Shown one piece after another: positions 31,465 through 41,104 of a stretch of 64,000 nt of DNA. Made by a program: the position numbers and the translations under genes. This DNA comes from Longimicrobiales bacterium. GTDB taxonomy: Bacteria > Gemmatimonadota > Gemmatimonadetes > Longimicrobiales > Gaopeijiaceae. The DNA is taken from positions 1,312,001-1,376,000 of the forward strand of contig OZ241869.1 of NCBI GenBank assembly GCA_965202805.1. The letters are read 5' to 3'. Each line of letters begins with the position of its first letter. The stretch's first letter is position 1. The notes beneath the pieces are model-generated. The model was not told where the DNA came from. It saw nothing but the letters and a program-made list of their open reading frames with translations, and searched no databases.

Positions 31465-32774
31465 GCGCCCCCCACGATCCTGGCTGCCGGCGGGTCCGGG
31501 ACCGCACCGACCGTCAGCACCGCCGCGGGCCGACCATCCAGCATTTCGGGCTCGAGGGTCGCGTCGGTCAGCGCCGCGGCCACCGCCCGGCCGCGGGACA
31601 CGAATGCGTCGCGCGCCGCTTCGTCCTCCCAGACCGACCACCAGACCAGCCCCCGGTTTCCGTCGCCGCCTTCGATCAGGGCGAACTGGTCGCCCTCCCA
31701 GCCGGCTATCGGCCGCGCATCCCCCGCGACCTCCTCGAACAGAATCCCGATCTCCGCCAGCCCGAGCGAGTTCGCGTAGGTCACCGCGGCGCCGCCACCG
31801 GTGATCTCGATGTCGACCGGAGCATCCGGTTCGGGCCCGAATGCCCGCTCCGGTTCCAGCACCTGCTCGGTGGAGTGCGGAAGCAGCTCTCCGAAAGGAG
31901 GCGGCCGGCCGGGGCGCTGCTGCCACAGCGTACGGACATACTCGGTGCCCTGCACGTAGGGAAAGATGAGCGACTCGCGCACGATTCCGGGAGCGGATGC
32001 CAGCACCGGCGATGAGCTGGCGCCGGCCGCCAGCAACGGTTCCATCACGTCGATGAAGTTCGGGATCCCCACCAGATCCACCTCCGCTCCCTGCTGCTTC
32101 TCGAGCGCGTACTCGAGCATCACCAGGGTGGCGTGGCCCTCGGCGGCCGCCTGGGCGGCGATCTGGCGGTCGTTGCCGCGCGCGCGCTCGGTCAGCGCGT
32201 CGAGGTCGACCGACTGGTCCTGGGCGGCGTGGACGAGCTCGTGGACCAGCACGCTTTCGACCGTCTCCTCGTCCTGGCCGGATCTCACGTAGAGCGCCAC
32301 CGAGTCGGGGTCGTAGAAGCCGGCGACCTGCTCCGTATAGAGCGCCAGGAAGAGCGCGCCAAGGTCGAGTGTTTCCGGCACGAGCCCCAGAAGCGCGTAG
32401 CTGTCGCGGATGCGCTCCACTTCGCCCTCCTGAAACTCCTCATCGAGCTTGAAGGTCAGATAACGGACCAGCTCCTCCTCGCTTCGCCACTCGACGCGCA
32501 CCGGTCTGGTAAAGCTGAATCCCGAGCGCTCGCTGATGTCCTGGAGCAGCCCGTCGACCGTCTCCTGCAGGGCGGCATCCGAGGAGACGACCAGCCCGCT
32601 GGTGGGCGGTTCCTGGCTGCAGGCAACGCCGGGTACGACGATGACCAGCAGGAGCGCCCACCAGCGTTCCGGCAGCGCGGCAAGGCCTTGCAATCCATGG
32701 ATGAATCCGCGCGAGCCCGGAGAGCGGCGAGGCGCCGGGCCACAGGGAGTTCGTCCGCGCGATGCCAGCCTCAT
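31461..32774 (-). CDS. Lipoprotein with zincin-type metallopeptidase motif
   Basis: Lipobox VPGVAC, VAGFYDP, VHELVHAAQDQ, EGHAT, FPYVQG, STEQVL. Start uncertain. Confidence 0.78.
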   Translation of the reverse strand: MRLASRGRTPCGPAPRRSPGSRGFIHGLQGLAALPERWWALLLVIVVPGVACSQEPPTSGLVVSSDAALQETVDGLLQDISERSGFSFTRPVRVEWRSEEELVRYLTFKLDEEFQEGEVERIRDSYALLGLVPETLDLGALFLALYTEQVAGFYDPDSVALYVRSGQDEETVESVLVHELVHAAQDQSVDLDALTERARGNDRQIAAQAAAEGHATLVMLEYALEKQQGAEVDLVGIPNFIDVMEPLLAAGASSSPVLASAPGIVRESLIFPYVQGTEYVRTLWQQRPGRPPPFGELLPHSTEQVLEPERAFGPEPDAPVDIEITGGGAAVTYANSLGLAEIGILFEEVAGDARPIAGWEGDQFALIEGGDGNRGLVWWSVWEDEAARDAFVSRGRAVAAALTDATLEPEMLDGRPAAVLTVGAVPDPPAARIVGGA

Positions 32775-33145
32775 CCGTGTCGCCCGGAACTCCCTGCGCG
32801 TCCGTAACGATCCTCGAGCCGGACCACGTCGTCCAGTTCGGGCGTCGACGCCTCCAGGATGTCCACGTCCGTCACCGCCTCCATGCGGTGCACGGTTCCG
32901 GGAACGATGCGCACCGCATCCCCCTCCCTCATCATCCGTTTCTCCAGTTCATCCGCCGAGGGCCCAAGCCACAGAAGCATCGATCCGGCCAGGAGGTACA
33001 GCGTCTCGTCCTTCTCGCGGTGGTACTGAAGCGAAAGCGCTTCGCCCGCGTTCACATGCAGGATCTTGCCCACGTAGCGCCCGGTGTGGGCCCAAATGAG
33101 CTCGTAGCCCCAGGGCTTTTCGACCCTGACGCAGAGTGTCTTCAT
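32771..33145 (-). CDS. Cupin-domain protein (mannose-6-phosphate isomerase-like)
   Basis: VEKPWGYE, LSLQYHREKDET, HRMEA, DDVVRLEDRYGR. Start ATG 33145. Confidence 0.9.
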   Translation of the reverse strand: MKTLCVRVEKPWGYELIWAHTGRYVGKILHVNAGEALSLQYHREKDETLYLLAGSMLLWLGPSADELEKRMMREGDAVRIVPGTVHRMEAVTDVDILEASTPELDDVVRLEDRYGRAGSSGRHG

Positions 33146-33236
33146 CTCCAGGACTCCGCCAGTTGCCGCATCGCACGGGAATCTATCACCCGGGGCAAGT
33201 GCGCGAGCACCCGCGCCCGTCGGAGAATCCCCCTGC

Positions 33237-33274
33237 AACAAACGCGCCCACCACCTTCGCGGGCGGCGGGCGCG
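33237..33274 (-). terminator. Intrinsic terminator closing the TBDR-PorV operon
   Basis: Minus strand CGCGCCCGCCGCC-cgcgaa-GGTGGTGGGCGCG followed by TTTGTT, 27 nt after the stop at 33302. Confidence 0.7.
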
Positions 33275-33301
33275 GACTGATGCGACATGCCGGCGCCGAC
33301 G

Positions 33302-35071
33302 TCAGCCTCCGAAGAACTCCTTGAACTTGTTCCTGTAGTCGTCGCTCTGCTGCACCCACATCTCGGTGATCGACGTGATGCCATCCGGCTCCAGCACCAC
33401 CAGGTAGTGGGTGAACGACCCGAAATCGCCGACCTGCCCCGCTTCCAGCCGGTCCATCCCGTTTCCGCGAGCATCCAGCGTGATCGTGTTGCCCCGGGAC
33501 GAAGTGCCGACGCCCGTAGGCGAGATGGCGGCAAGGTAGCTCTGGTAGTGCAGTCCCGGCGGCGGCGGCGGCAGCCGGTTGAGCTCCACCAGCAGCGAAC
33601 TCTCATAGAAGGACCCCGAACCCGAGCCACCACCGGAAAAGGGCTTGATCTTGCCGTCCGAACCCAGGTGGCCGAAGGTCATGGCCCCCTCCGCCATGAG
33701 GTTTTTGGAGGTCAGGTACTCCTGGAACAGGAACGGGCCACCCGTGGGGGAGCTCGCCTGCCCGGACTCGGCGCTCACCGCGACGTGCGTAAAGTCGGCG
33801 AAGCTCTGATCCATGGACACTTCCATCTTCGCGTGGTACACGTCCTTCGAGGATGATGGCGAGAAGGTGGAGCCCATCATCGTCATGTCCATGTCCATCG
33901 CGGGATAGATCGTGGCGTCTGCGGCCGCGTAGGAACCGGAGCCCGCGTCGTGCAGCCAGAGCTGGTAGGAACCGCCGGAGAGGGGCGAGAAGCCGCTCAG
34001 CGTGACGTCGATCTGGCCTGGGGCGGCGAAGGAATTGGCGCCCCCGGAGAGTTCCGGCGCGTTGGGCACCACGCCGGCCGGGAACGGCCCCATGGCGTTG
34101 TTGATGACGTTCCCGTCGGCGTCGATGTCGGGACCGAGCTGCATGCGGACGGTGGGGTTGCCGGCCGGGAGCGCGTCCGCGCTCGGCGCTCCCTCGTAGA
34201 GGAGCAGGTAGTTGTACTGCCCGGGCGCGACGCTGGCGCCCACCTCGTTCGAGCCGAAGGGGGTGTTGGCCGCGGTGAACTCGGCGGCCGTCGTCTCCTC
34301 CGCGCCCGCCGCCGGTACGGGCCACAGATCCCCGGGCGTGGCCCTGATGATGCAGTCGAGGGCTCCGTTGCCGTCGGCGTCGGTCTCGATGGTACCCAGC
34401 GCCACCGGATTGACCGGCGCGCCCACGCGGGTGATCGAACTGTAGTTGCATGTGACATTGGAATAAATCAACTGCCGCCCGGGGAGGAAGGACAACTCGT
34501 CGGGAGCGTCCACCGGGATGCCCGTCAGCACCTGGTTGTGGTCCAGTTCGCCGTTCACCTGAAGCGCCATGCGCGCCAGGACAATCGTATAGACCGTGGA
34601 AGGCTCGAGACCCGTAAGCTCACCCCACATGTCCCAATCGCCGGGCGCAAAGGCCGGGTTGCTGGAAATCGAAATCAGTTCCCACATGCCGAAGTGATTG
34701 CCCACCGCAGCCGAACTCTCCCGCAGCGCGGGGAGCCGGGGATCCTGCGAGGAGTTGCGAACCGAAACGCCCATGTCCACGGCAGCGGAGGTGAACTGTC
34801 CGTTGTTCACGTCGCGGAAGAACCCCGCCGCCCCCGTCCCCCGGTCAAACCCGTCCGGGACCGAGAAATCGAACCCGGAAACGACCGCCTTTGAGAGCGC
34901 GACGGATCCGGAGGGGTACACCGCATCCCCCGGCGCCATCACCATCTTGAGCACCGGCCGGTCCTCGGTGAGGTCGGTGACGTTGTCGGTCTGGCAGGCG
35001 GCCACGAGAAGCGCGCCGCAGAGGGCGACACCCGCCGCGTGCAGCCGAATTCGCTTGCGTACTGGATTCAT
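33302..35071 (-). CDS. Hypothetical lipoprotein (589 aa)
   Basis: Lipobox LLVAAC; beta-rich; C-terminal half has two similar modules (SYQLWL / HYQSYL...LVVLEPDG). Confidence 0.82.
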   Translation of the reverse strand: MNPVRKRIRLHAAGVALCGALLVAACQTDNVTDLTEDRPVLKMVMAPGDAVYPSGSVALSKAVVSGFDFSVPDGFDRGTGAAGFFRDVNNGQFTSAAVDMGVSVRNSSQDPRLPALRESSAAVGNHFGMWELISISSNPAFAPGDWDMWGELTGLEPSTVYTIVLARMALQVNGELDHNQVLTGIPVDAPDELSFLPGRQLIYSNVTCNYSSITRVGAPVNPVALGTIETDADGNGALDCIIRATPGDLWPVPAAGAEETTAAEFTAANTPFGSNEVGASVAPGQYNYLLLYEGAPSADALPAGNPTVRMQLGPDIDADGNVINNAMGPFPAGVVPNAPELSGGANSFAAPGQIDVTLSGFSPLSGGSYQLWLHDAGSGSYAAADATIYPAMDMDMTMMGSTFSPSSSKDVYHAKMEVSMDQSFADFTHVAVSAESGQASSPTGGPFLFQEYLTSKNLMAEGAMTFGHLGSDGKIKPFSGGGSGSGSFYESSLLVELNRLPPPPPGLHYQSYLAAISPTGVGTSSRGNTITLDARGNGMDRLEAGQVGDFGSFTHYLVVLEPDGITSITEMWVQQSDDYRNKFKEFFGG

Positions 35072-35090
35072 TTGGATCGCCTCCTGCCCG

Positions 35091-35798
35091 CTATGGGTTG
35101 AGACCGGGGACGTACGTCAACCCGATCGACAGGCGGATGTTGTGGATCATGTCCTGCTTGTCCGGGAGGTCGGTGCGTTCGGCATCCGGGAACCGACAGG
35201 CGCCGTCGCTTTTGCAGTTGCGCAGTCGTTCCTCCACCGGGTTCAGGACATCGCGGTCGAAATCCCTGTAGATGACGTCGCGCACGTCGATCTGGATGCC
35301 GGCCGCTTCGGTCACGGCGTAGCGCACGCCGGCGCCTCCCAGCACCATCTGATGGGTCACGCGCCGGAAGTTGTCGTTCGCCTGCGTATCCAGGTACAGC
35401 GTGGCTCCACCCCCGCCGACGACGACATATGGGTCCAGCGAGCTTCCGGGCATGACGCTGATGTGCGCGTTCAATCCGTAGTGCAGCGCGCTCAGCGTCT
35501 GGCCGACCTCGAAGATGCGGGTGCTGTCGGCGCCGAAGTCGACGGCGGCCACGTAAAAGCTCCCGTCGGTGTCGGCTCGGTGAAACTGGATCGCAGGCCC
35601 CAGCGCGATGCGTGGCGTGAGCTGATACAACGCCTCGAGCGCGAGCATGGGACTGTTCATGAGCGAGCTCGATGGGGCGTACATCTGAGTGCCCGCGGAC
35701 ACCTCCACGCTCCAGGCGCCCTGCTCGGACTGGGCATGCGCGGCCGAGGGCAGCGCGATCACCAGCCCGGCCAGCGCCAACCGGTTCAGTACTCTCAT
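35091..35798 (-). CDS. Outer-membrane beta-barrel protein (OmpA-like membrane domain)
   Basis: Signal MRVLNRLALAGLVIALPSAAHA, PYVVVGGG, GAGVRY, final strand IRLSIGLTY. Confidence 0.8.
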   Translation of the reverse strand: MRVLNRLALAGLVIALPSAAHAQSEQGAWSVEVSAGTQMYAPSSSLMNSPMLALEALYQLTPRIALGPAIQFHRADTDGSFYVAAVDFGADSTRIFEVGQTLSALHYGLNAHISVMPGSSLDPYVVVGGGGATLYLDTQANDNFRRVTHQMVLGGAGVRYAVTEAAGIQIDVRDVIYRDFDRDVLNPVEERLRNCKSDGACRFPDAERTDLPDKQDMIHNIRLSIGLTYVPGLNP

Positions 35799-35866
35799 CA
35801 GTCTGTTTCCTCCCGTCTTGCCACGGGGTCGCACGGCCAGGTCTCCCTCTTCGACACCGAGCCGCA

Positions 35867-36982
35867 TCAGAACTGCAGCTGGAAGCTGAAGACCTGAATG
35901 TTCTCCAGCTGCTCCATCGACGTGTAGGCGTAGTCCACGCTCAGCGTGCCCAGCTCCCCTACCGGCAGCCGCAGGCCTCCACCCGCCGCAGCCGCGTGCA
36001 TGAGGCCGTGGTCGATCTGGTCTTCGTTCGCGAAGCGCTTGCCGGCGCGCACGAAGGCCAGTCCCCTGAAGCCGTACTCAAGCCCGAGCGCGGTTTCCTG
36101 GGGCGCGTCGACGGGGTCGTTGATGTCGGCCATCAGCCGAAGCGACTGGTCCGCGTCCGGAGAAACGATCGCGTCCGCGCCCCCGATCAGGTCCAGCATC
36201 ACGCTGAAACGGAACGACGTGGGGAGTTCGAGATTGTCGGTCGCCGCGGACAATTCCATAACCCGGATGAAATCGACGACCTGGCTCTCGGAGAACGACG
36301 TGTTCACCCGGCTGTTAAGGAGGTTTCCCTCGAATCGGCCCGAAGTCCCGAGGTTGGTGAGCGACGCTCCGAGGGTAACGCCGTAGAGCCCGGTGCGGAA
36401 CACCGTGCTCATGTCGACGCCGACGTAGCTCGCCGTCGCGTTGGTGATTCCTTCCTCGACGACCTTGCCGGCAAGCCCCACCGTCAGGCGGTCGGTGATC
36501 GGCTGCGCGAAGTGCAGCCCGATCGCGGTCCCTGTCCAACTGAAGGACGCGGCGGTCGGATCCTGTTCGCCTCCGTAGCCGGCGTTGGGCCAGTACTCGC
36601 TCTGCCAGGGCATCTCCCCGGAATCGAGCGTGTTCACGCTTACGCCGATGCGGGTAAACCCGAAAGGCATCACCACGCCCACGAAGGTGTGCTGGATGTC
36701 GAGATCGGTGAACAGCCGCGCGGTCGTCATTCCGGCGGAAAAGCCGTTGATGCGGGACATGGCCGCGGTGTTCCAGTAGAGCGACGTGACGTCGTCCGCC
36801 GCCGCTCCGAAGGCGCCTCCCAGCGCCTGGCCTCGCGCGCCGACGCCCAGCGCGAGAAAGGCGGCGCCCCGGGTTCCGACCCGGGTCACGATCTGTTCCG
36901 GCGTCGAGGTCAGCGTTTCCTGAGCCTCCAGCATGTCCGCCGTCGCCACGAGCGTGAGCGCTAGCAGCAGTGCACGGTTCAT
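35867..36982 (-). CDS. PorV/PorQ-family outer-membrane barrel
   Basis: GAAFLALGVGARGQALGGA, DDVTSLYWNTA, GLEYG, VDYAY, C-terminal FSFQLQF. Confidence 0.88.
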   Translation of the reverse strand: MNRALLLALTLVATADMLEAQETLTSTPEQIVTRVGTRGAAFLALGVGARGQALGGAFGAAADDVTSLYWNTAAMSRINGFSAGMTTARLFTDLDIQHTFVGVVMPFGFTRIGVSVNTLDSGEMPWQSEYWPNAGYGGEQDPTAASFSWTGTAIGLHFAQPITDRLTVGLAGKVVEEGITNATASYVGVDMSTVFRTGLYGVTLGASLTNLGTSGRFEGNLLNSRVNTSFSESQVVDFIRVMELSAATDNLELPTSFRFSVMLDLIGGADAIVSPDADQSLRLMADINDPVDAPQETALGLEYGFRGLAFVRAGKRFANEDQIDHGLMHAAAAGGGLRLPVGELGTLSVDYAYTSMEQLENIQVFSFQLQF

Positions 36983-37008
36983 TGATCTATCTCCTTGGCC
37001 TCAGAGGC

Positions 37009-40000
37009 TCAGCGAATGACGACGAACTTGCCCATCTTCTTCTGGCCGCCGGATTCGAGGACGAAGATGTACAGCCCCGCTCCCAGGTTCGTCCGTTCGC
37101 GGGTCTGCATGTCCCAGTTCAGGTCTCCCCCGCAGTCCAGGGCGCCGCAGTAGGCGTCGATCCCCTGGAGATCCTCGGGGCCATAGACGAGCTCCTGGAT
37201 GAATCGTCCCGCCACGTCGAAGATGCGGATGGTCCCTTCCTGGGGAAGGTTGGTGAACTTCAGGACCCGCGCTTCGGTCGAGCGCTCGAACGCGCTCCCG
37301 TACAGGTAGGGGTTGGGCACCACGTGGACATTGTCCAGGGAAACCGGGCCGCTCGTCGCCGCCTCGGCCGCCGTTATCGCCCTCTGCACGTCCACCACCA
37401 CCTCGTCGCCCGACTCAAGGGGTACCAGCCAGGGGACCGTCAGCGTGACCTGCTCGGTCACCGGGATATAACCGGACTCGGTCGACCCTCCGGTGGTCGG
37501 ATCGCAGGAAGGGCGCGGGGCGTCGCAGCCGAAGGTCACGTCGAAGGTCACCACCGTGGCCGTCTCCGTCGCCGGCTGCCCGGCCGCATCCAGGACCGTG
37601 TTGCCCTGGTCGTCGGTCACCTCCCGGGTCACGGTCTCGACGAAGTAGATCTGGTCGCCCGGCACCCACACGCCCGCCGGAACGTCCACACGGGCCGTGT
37701 CGACCCCCTGTCCCACAAGCACCTTCTTCTGATGGTCGACCTTCTGAGTGTCGGCAACCGCGACCTGCACATCGCGGCCATAGGTGTTGTTGCGCACCGA
37801 GAACGGCAGCGAGTAGGACTTCAGAGTCTCGATCTCGGGATTGACCTTCTTGACGGCCGCGAGGACATCTTCGCCCGTGCTTGAGGTTGAGGCCGCCGGC
37901 CGCCCCGACAGGGATGCCGCCACGGTGGCCTCGATCGCCGCATCCGGAAGTTGGAAGGGCGCGCCCGCGCCCCAGGCGTCCGCGTTCCAAACGATCGCGT
38001 ACTCGCCGTACTCGTCTCCGCCCACGTACTCGGAGGGACCCGTCAGCCACCACACGCTGGGCCGCACGCGCGTTGCGATGGTGTCGGCGGACTCGGTGGT
38101 GAAGACTCTCGACTCGAGCGTACCTCCATCATCGGCGTTAACCGACACCGTGAAGAAGGGAAAGTCCTCCCGGCTCAAGAAGGTCCCCGGAGTCGCCTCG
38201 GCACCCTCCAGGGTCGTCGAGGCAAGAAGGGGCGTCGACCCGGCGGCGACCACCATGCCGAAGCCTCCTTCGAACACCTTGGTACGCTGCATGGAACTCT
38301 GCATCGCGCTGTCGACCGGGAGTTCGTCCAGCCCCGATATGGTAACCTTGCCCGACCGGTTGAAGTCCACGCTGGCGATCACGACCTCCTTCGGCTCCCC
38401 CTCCATGCCCGTGACCGTGCGCACCGTCTGTGCGGCCACGGTGGTCTGGGTGGAGGTCGGCGAACCGGTGTCGTCCAGGTTGTCCACCTGGTTGACCACC
38501 AGCTTGTCGCCGAAGACGACCCGGTACTGGCCGGAAACAGGGGAGGTTCCGACCACCGAGAATTCAACCGGTACGGTCGAGTTGCCGCTGCGCGAAACCT
38601 CGTTCAGTTCGGCCCGGCTGGCGCCTGCCGCCAGGTTGAGGGGCGCGTACACCACCGCGACGTTGGGGTTGGTGCCCGACGCGGACACCGGCCCGATCAG
38701 CTCGGGCGCGAACTCCACCTCCTCGGCAAGCAGCGAATCGACGTGCGTGCCACGCACCACGTTGAACGTGGCTCCACGCGTCTCCGTGACGATGGAGTAG
38801 GTATAGGTCACGCCGGGAATCAGCGCGAAATCGTTGAATGTGTTGGGCAGGGTGCCGTCGTCCTCGGCTTCGAAGGTGATGTACGGCTGCCACCCGAAGT
38901 TCGTCCATTTGGAAGTCGCGTCGACGACCGGGTCGCCGTCGCAGTCCCCATCCTGGGTCCAGGTGGAACCCCCGTCACAGGACTTGAAGATGTGGATGGC
39001 CGCAACGTTGTTCTCGGCACGCGCGGCGACCGAGTCCGCCAACCAGTAGTTGCGCGCGATGTCCGCGCTGACGTCGAGGTTTGCCAGGTAGGGGTCGATC
39101 CATTCCTCCGGGGCATCGTCGAAGAAGAGCGAGATGCGGTTCCCTTCGACCTCCCCTGTGGACGCCGCCTGGCCGCCGACCACATCCACCGCGGAGATCA
39201 CCGGCGGCGGGGCCGTCTCCGGCCCGAGGTACATCTGCTGGTAAAAGCTGATGGCGTTGTCGAGGGCGGATTCCATCGATACGGAGTCCGCAGCGCCCAC
39301 CAGCGCCACCACGAAGGGCACGGTGTCGCCCGGGGCCATGTGCACGGGACCCACGGCGATGTCGGCGATGTTGCCGTAGCTGTTGGTGTACCCGGAGGGG
39401 AGCGTGTCCGCCCAAAGCGTCACGCATCCGCGGCTGCCGCAGGCGTCGGCGTAGATGGTGTCCGGCTGCCCGTCGTGGTTCCAGTCCCAGGCGGGCGCGC
39501 CCGCTTCGCCCTCGCCCGGCACGTACTTGTTGTAGACGCCCGTGCGCTCCGGCCATGCCTCGGGCCGGAACGTGCGGTGGTAGGTCCGGTCGTCCAGGTC
39601 TCCCGGCGTCTCCCCATCCAGCGTGTATTCGCCGATCGAGGCGAAATGGCCGAAGTGAGCGCGCAGGCTCCGACCCCAGGTTCGCCCAATGCAGCCTCCG
39701 AACCCGCATTGGCGCTGGTGCTGAAACATGATGGTGTCGCCCGCGCGCGGATGCGAAGGATTGTAGAAGTCGCTCGACGGGTCGCTGAACAGCTTGTAGC
39801 GGGCGTCCCCGATGGGGGTCTTGAGGAACACGATGCCGGCACCCGCCGCGCCCAGGTTCCAGTCGAAACCCCCGCAACCCGAGCCCGGTGGATCGATCGC
39901 GTCCTCGCATCCGCTTCCGGTCTCCTTCCAGAGCATCGCGCTGCGCACGGGGTCGAAATAGTGCGCGTCGCCCTGTCCCTGCAGCAGCGGGTCGACGTTG

Positions 40001-41046
40001 ATGCCGATGTAGACGGAATCGTAGGTCATACCCACGCCGTATACCTTCTCGGATTCATTGACGATAATGGACTGGAAGTAAACCACATTCCCGACGGTGG
40101 GTAGCCCGAAGTAGAACGCGTCGTAGAACTGGGTGAGCCCCAGCGGCCAGCCGCCGTAAATGGGCGCTCCCGCGCCGCCGGGAACGACCGTGCCGTAGCG
40201 TTCGATGGCGTTCCGATAGTGGTCGCTCAACTCTCCGTAGGTCTGCCAGTCGCCCAGGAATTTCTCGGTGCTCTGCAGCTCCTCGGGCACGCGCCAGAAC
40301 GCGAACGGATCATGGTCGTTGGGGTTCATCGTGTCGTACATGGCTCCGAATTCGGGCGCGGACGACTGGAGCTCCAGGTACGACTCGGCGGGAACCGGGT
40401 GGCTCCCCTTCCAGCCGGCCGCGGGATGCGTGGCCTCGCAATCGGAGGTAGGGGTAAGCTGGAATCCCGGATTCATCAAGCCGGCGCGAACGCCGGAATG
40501 ATTCGTGCAGGTAGCGTCCTCGGTCGTTTTCGCCGCCAGGTTCAGCAGATCGACCGGGCTCCGGTCTGAAGCCCAGATCTTGTTGCCACCCCCGTTCACA
40601 AAACCACCGATGAGCAGCGTGGTCATGTTGACCGTGAAACCGCCGCCAGCGAGCCCGCTCGTGGCCGGATCGATGACTTCGGGCAGGTCGCTCGCGGGCG
40701 CACCCCACTTCATCCCCATGTCGAAGATAGCTGCCGAATAGCCCCCGGTTATCGTCCGAACCCACCAGTTGGCGCAGCCGAAGTGGTTGCGGTTCATGAA
40801 CCCGACGATGTTCTGAAAACACCAGATGTTGGATCCGTTTGCACGAACTCCGGCCGCGCCTTCGTCTCCGAATGCCCGCAACTGGAAGAGGTTCGGCCGA
40901 GTCGGAACCAAGAGGTCGGAACCCGCCCCTCCGGCGTCGATGACTGTCACCTCTTCCTGGGCTTGCGCCCCATCAGGCGTACCCAGGGGGATCAGGACCA
41001 CGCCCGCGATGAGGAGGCTTCCCCTAAGCGTGAGAAGTTTCTTCAT
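37009..41046 (-). CDS. Large secreted protein with T9SS type A-like C-terminal sorting domain
   Basis: Signal peptide; FN3-like segment (LIPGVTYTYSI); CTD motifs VHVVPNPY, IRIFDVAG, WDMQT, GLYIF, KKMGKFVVIR. Confidence 0.85.
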   Translation of the reverse strand: MKKLLTLRGSLLIAGVVLIPLGTPDGAQAQEEVTVIDAGGAGSDLLVPTRPNLFQLRAFGDEGAAGVRANGSNIWCFQNIVGFMNRNHFGCANWWVRTITGGYSAAIFDMGMKWGAPASDLPEVIDPATSGLAGGGFTVNMTTLLIGGFVNGGGNKIWASDRSPVDLLNLAAKTTEDATCTNHSGVRAGLMNPGFQLTPTSDCEATHPAAGWKGSHPVPAESYLELQSSAPEFGAMYDTMNPNDHDPFAFWRVPEELQSTEKFLGDWQTYGELSDHYRNAIERYGTVVPGGAGAPIYGGWPLGLTQFYDAFYFGLPTVGNVVYFQSIIVNESEKVYGVGMTYDSVYIGINVDPLLQGQGDAHYFDPVRSAMLWKETGSGCEDAIDPPGSGCGGFDWNLGAAGAGIVFLKTPIGDARYKLFSDPSSDFYNPSHPRAGDTIMFQHQRQCGFGGCIGRTWGRSLRAHFGHFASIGEYTLDGETPGDLDDRTYHRTFRPEAWPERTGVYNKYVPGEGEAGAPAWDWNHDGQPDTIYADACGSRGCVTLWADTLPSGYTNSYGNIADIAVGPVHMAPGDTVPFVVALVGAADSVSMESALDNAISFYQQMYLGPETAPPPVISAVDVVGGQAASTGEVEGNRISLFFDDAPEEWIDPYLANLDVSADIARNYWLADSVAARAENNVAAIHIFKSCDGGSTWTQDGDCDGDPVVDATSKWTNFGWQPYITFEAEDDGTLPNTFNDFALIPGVTYTYSIVTETRGATFNVVRGTHVDSLLAEEVEFAPELIGPVSASGTNPNVAVVYAPLNLAAGASRAELNEVSRSGNSTVPVEFSVVGTSPVSGQYRVVFGDKLVVNQVDNLDDTGSPTSTQTTVAAQTVRTVTGMEGEPKEVVIASVDFNRSGKVTISGLDELPVDSAMQSSMQRTKVFEGGFGMVVAAGSTPLLASTTLEGAEATPGTFLSREDFPFFTVSVNADDGGTLESRVFTTESADTIATRVRPSVWWLTGPSEYVGGDEYGEYAIVWNADAWGAGAPFQLPDAAIEATVAASLSGRPAASTSSTGEDVLAAVKKVNPEIETLKSYSLPFSVRNNTYGRDVQVAVADTQKVDHQKKVLVGQGVDTARVDVPAGVWVPGDQIYFVETVTREVTDDQGNTVLDAAGQPATETATVVTFDVTFGCDAPRPSCDPTTGGSTESGYIPVTEQVTLTVPWLVPLESGDEVVVDVQRAITAAEAATSGPVSLDNVHVVPNPYLYGSAFERSTEARVLKFTNLPQEGTIRIFDVAGRFIQELVYGPEDLQGIDAYCGALDCGGDLNWDMQTRERTNLGAGLYIFVLESGGQKKMGKFVVIR

Positions 41047-41104
41047 TAGAACTCCGATTGGACAAGTTTGGCGTCTCGTTGTGTTCTGACGGCTCCGGGG
41101 CGCC

